This document shows positions 63,231 to 64,000 of a stretch of DNA of 64,000 bases, piece by piece (the first letter of the stretch is position 1; each line of letters begins with the position of its first letter). The notes beneath the pieces are model-generated. The model made no database searches. It was given only the letters and a program-made list of their open reading frames with translations, and had not been told where the DNA came from. Both the position numbers and the translations under genes were made by a program. Origin of the DNA: Thermoanaerobaculia bacterium (GTDB lineage: Bacteria; Acidobacteriota; Thermoanaerobaculia; UBA5066; Gp7-AA6); contig DASXAG010000120.1 in NCBI GenBank assembly GCA_036406835.1, positions 13,520-77,519 of the forward strand, in the 5' to 3' direction.

Positions 63231-64000
63231 CTACGGAGCCCGGCGTCTTCGCGTCGCCGCGGACGCAACGACGACCGCCGCCATGATCCCCGCCGCGAAC
63301 GCCCCGAGGCCCAGCCGCCACGAGCGCGGCCGGTACGCGAGGCGAACGGTGTGGTCGCCGGACGGAACCCGCACGCCGACGAAGGCGTGGTTGACGGTGA
63401 CGGTCGGCAGCGACTGCCCCGCCTCCGAGGCGGTCCAGCCCGGCCAGTCCGGGATCGAGGTGGCGATCAGCGTCGGGCCCGAGGCGCGCGCCCGGAGCAC
63501 GAGATCGGGCCCGACCGATCGCACGATCAGCGTCGCCTCGCCGTTCGCCTCCTCCGAGACGCCCGGCTCGGAGAGCCAGACGGTCCGCGCGAAGTCCGTC
63601 GCCTTCGCGAGCTCGGCGAGCCGTTCGCCCGGATCGGCGACGCGCCGCAGGAGTCTCGGCACGAACGCGCGGGGCAGGGCCGCGGGATTGTCGAAGATCG
63701 CCATGTCGGCGCCGCGCGCCTGCTCGCGCCAGCCGGCGGGCACGGGATCGTCCGGCGCGGCGATCGCGTAGCACGCGTTCAGGAACGAGAGGAACGGGCG
63801 CGTGAGGTCCGCGACGCGGTTGAAGGACGCGGGCTGCGGCTGCGACCACAGCGGATAGGTGTCGGTGAAGCGGTCGAGCACGAGAGACTCGTAGCCCCGC
63901 ACGTCCTCCAGCCGGTAGAGCGTCGAGCCGTTCGGACGCAGAGTGTCGCCCGCCGCGACGACGCGGCAGGGCTCGCCCGGGGTCGCGAGCGGCGCCGCCG
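63231..64000 (-). CDS. second YfhO-family paralog, C-terminal part; gene runs off the right edge
   Basis: ...LYRLEDVRGYESLVLDRFTDTYPLW...NPAALPRAFVP...VRLAYRPRSWRLGLGAFAAGIMAAVVV aligns by eye with the C-terminal third of the downstream paralog. The reading frame stays open to position 64000. Confidence 0.75.
   Translation of the reverse strand, partial: AAPLATPGEPCRVVAAGDTLRPNGSTLYRLEDVRGYESLVLDRFTDTYPLWSQPQPASFNRVADLTRPFLSFLNACYAIAAPDDPVPAGWREQARGADMAIFDNPAALPRAFVPRLLRRVADPGERLAELAKATDFARTVWLSEPGVSEEANGEATLIVRSVGPDLVLRARASGPTLIATSIPDWPGWTASEAGQSLPTVTVNHAFVGVRVPSGDHTVRLAYRPRSWRLGLGAFAAGIMAAVVVASAATRRRRAP

Noticed and set aside
60737-63771. 843-aa (minus) and 932-aa (plus) ORFs overlapping the YfhO genes.
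   Set aside because: Their composition is Arg/Pro/Gly-rich with no TM segments or motifs. The 60856-63222 frame encodes a coherent polytopic membrane protein paralogous to its neighbour.
63223-63849. N-terminal extension of the 997-aa YfhO track ORF.
   Set aside because: The extension is Arg-rich and overlaps the 3' end of the upstream YfhO paralog in another frame. The hydrophobic N-terminus begins at the GTG at 63222.

Overview
This is a very GC-rich bacterial chromosomal segment (GC judged by eye, not computed). It is densely packed, with about 63 protein-coding genes on both strands and many 4-nt start/stop overlaps (ATGA, GTGA, TTGA) that mark operons. BamD, a TonB-dependent receptor, TatA and lipoproteins indicate a diderm host. 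The TIGR02999-type ECF sigma factor paired with a Ser/Thr kinase, the IPTL-CTERM protein and the Tes-like radical SAM gene fit an Acidobacteriota-like or related soil or sediment lineage, but that is a weak inference. I recognised no rRNA, tRNA, CRISPR, transposase, integrase, phage or obvious defence genes. Housekeeping genes are ychF, fbp, rlmN, a thrC-like gene, queD, typA, yciH, a DEAD-box helicase, a cyclophilin, tatA, bamD and rpe. Accessory content includes the following. (1) An ECF sigma plus TPR Ser/Thr kinase pair sits between two large secreted proteins, a 14-blade Vgb-like double propeller and a parallel beta-helix, which share a near-identical Cys-rich triple SLH-like C-terminal module. 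(2) An ECF sigma/RskA-like anti-sigma pair lies divergent from DUF4331 and Tat-ferritin-like genes. (3) A Zn-metallopeptidase, ATP-grasp, CHI-like and lipoprotein operon is present. (4) A radical SAM protein has the cluster architecture I associate with tetraether lipid synthase (Tes/GDGT-MAS). (5) A PHP, GT-C-like and tandem YfhO envelope glycosylation-type cluster lies at the right edge. The feature least explained by gene content is a family of intergenic arrays with strict 7-nt periodicity. Several are mirror-symmetric (TCAGT units facing ACTGA units) and exactly fill gene-end gaps. A second recurring signal is an AT-rich TAGAAT/TATAAT box 6-12 nt upstream of start codons with no Shine-Dalgarno, implying many leaderless mRNAs. 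Most long ORFs in the supplied track that lie antisense to or overlap these genes are Arg/Gly/Pro-rich GC artefacts, and I rejected them.
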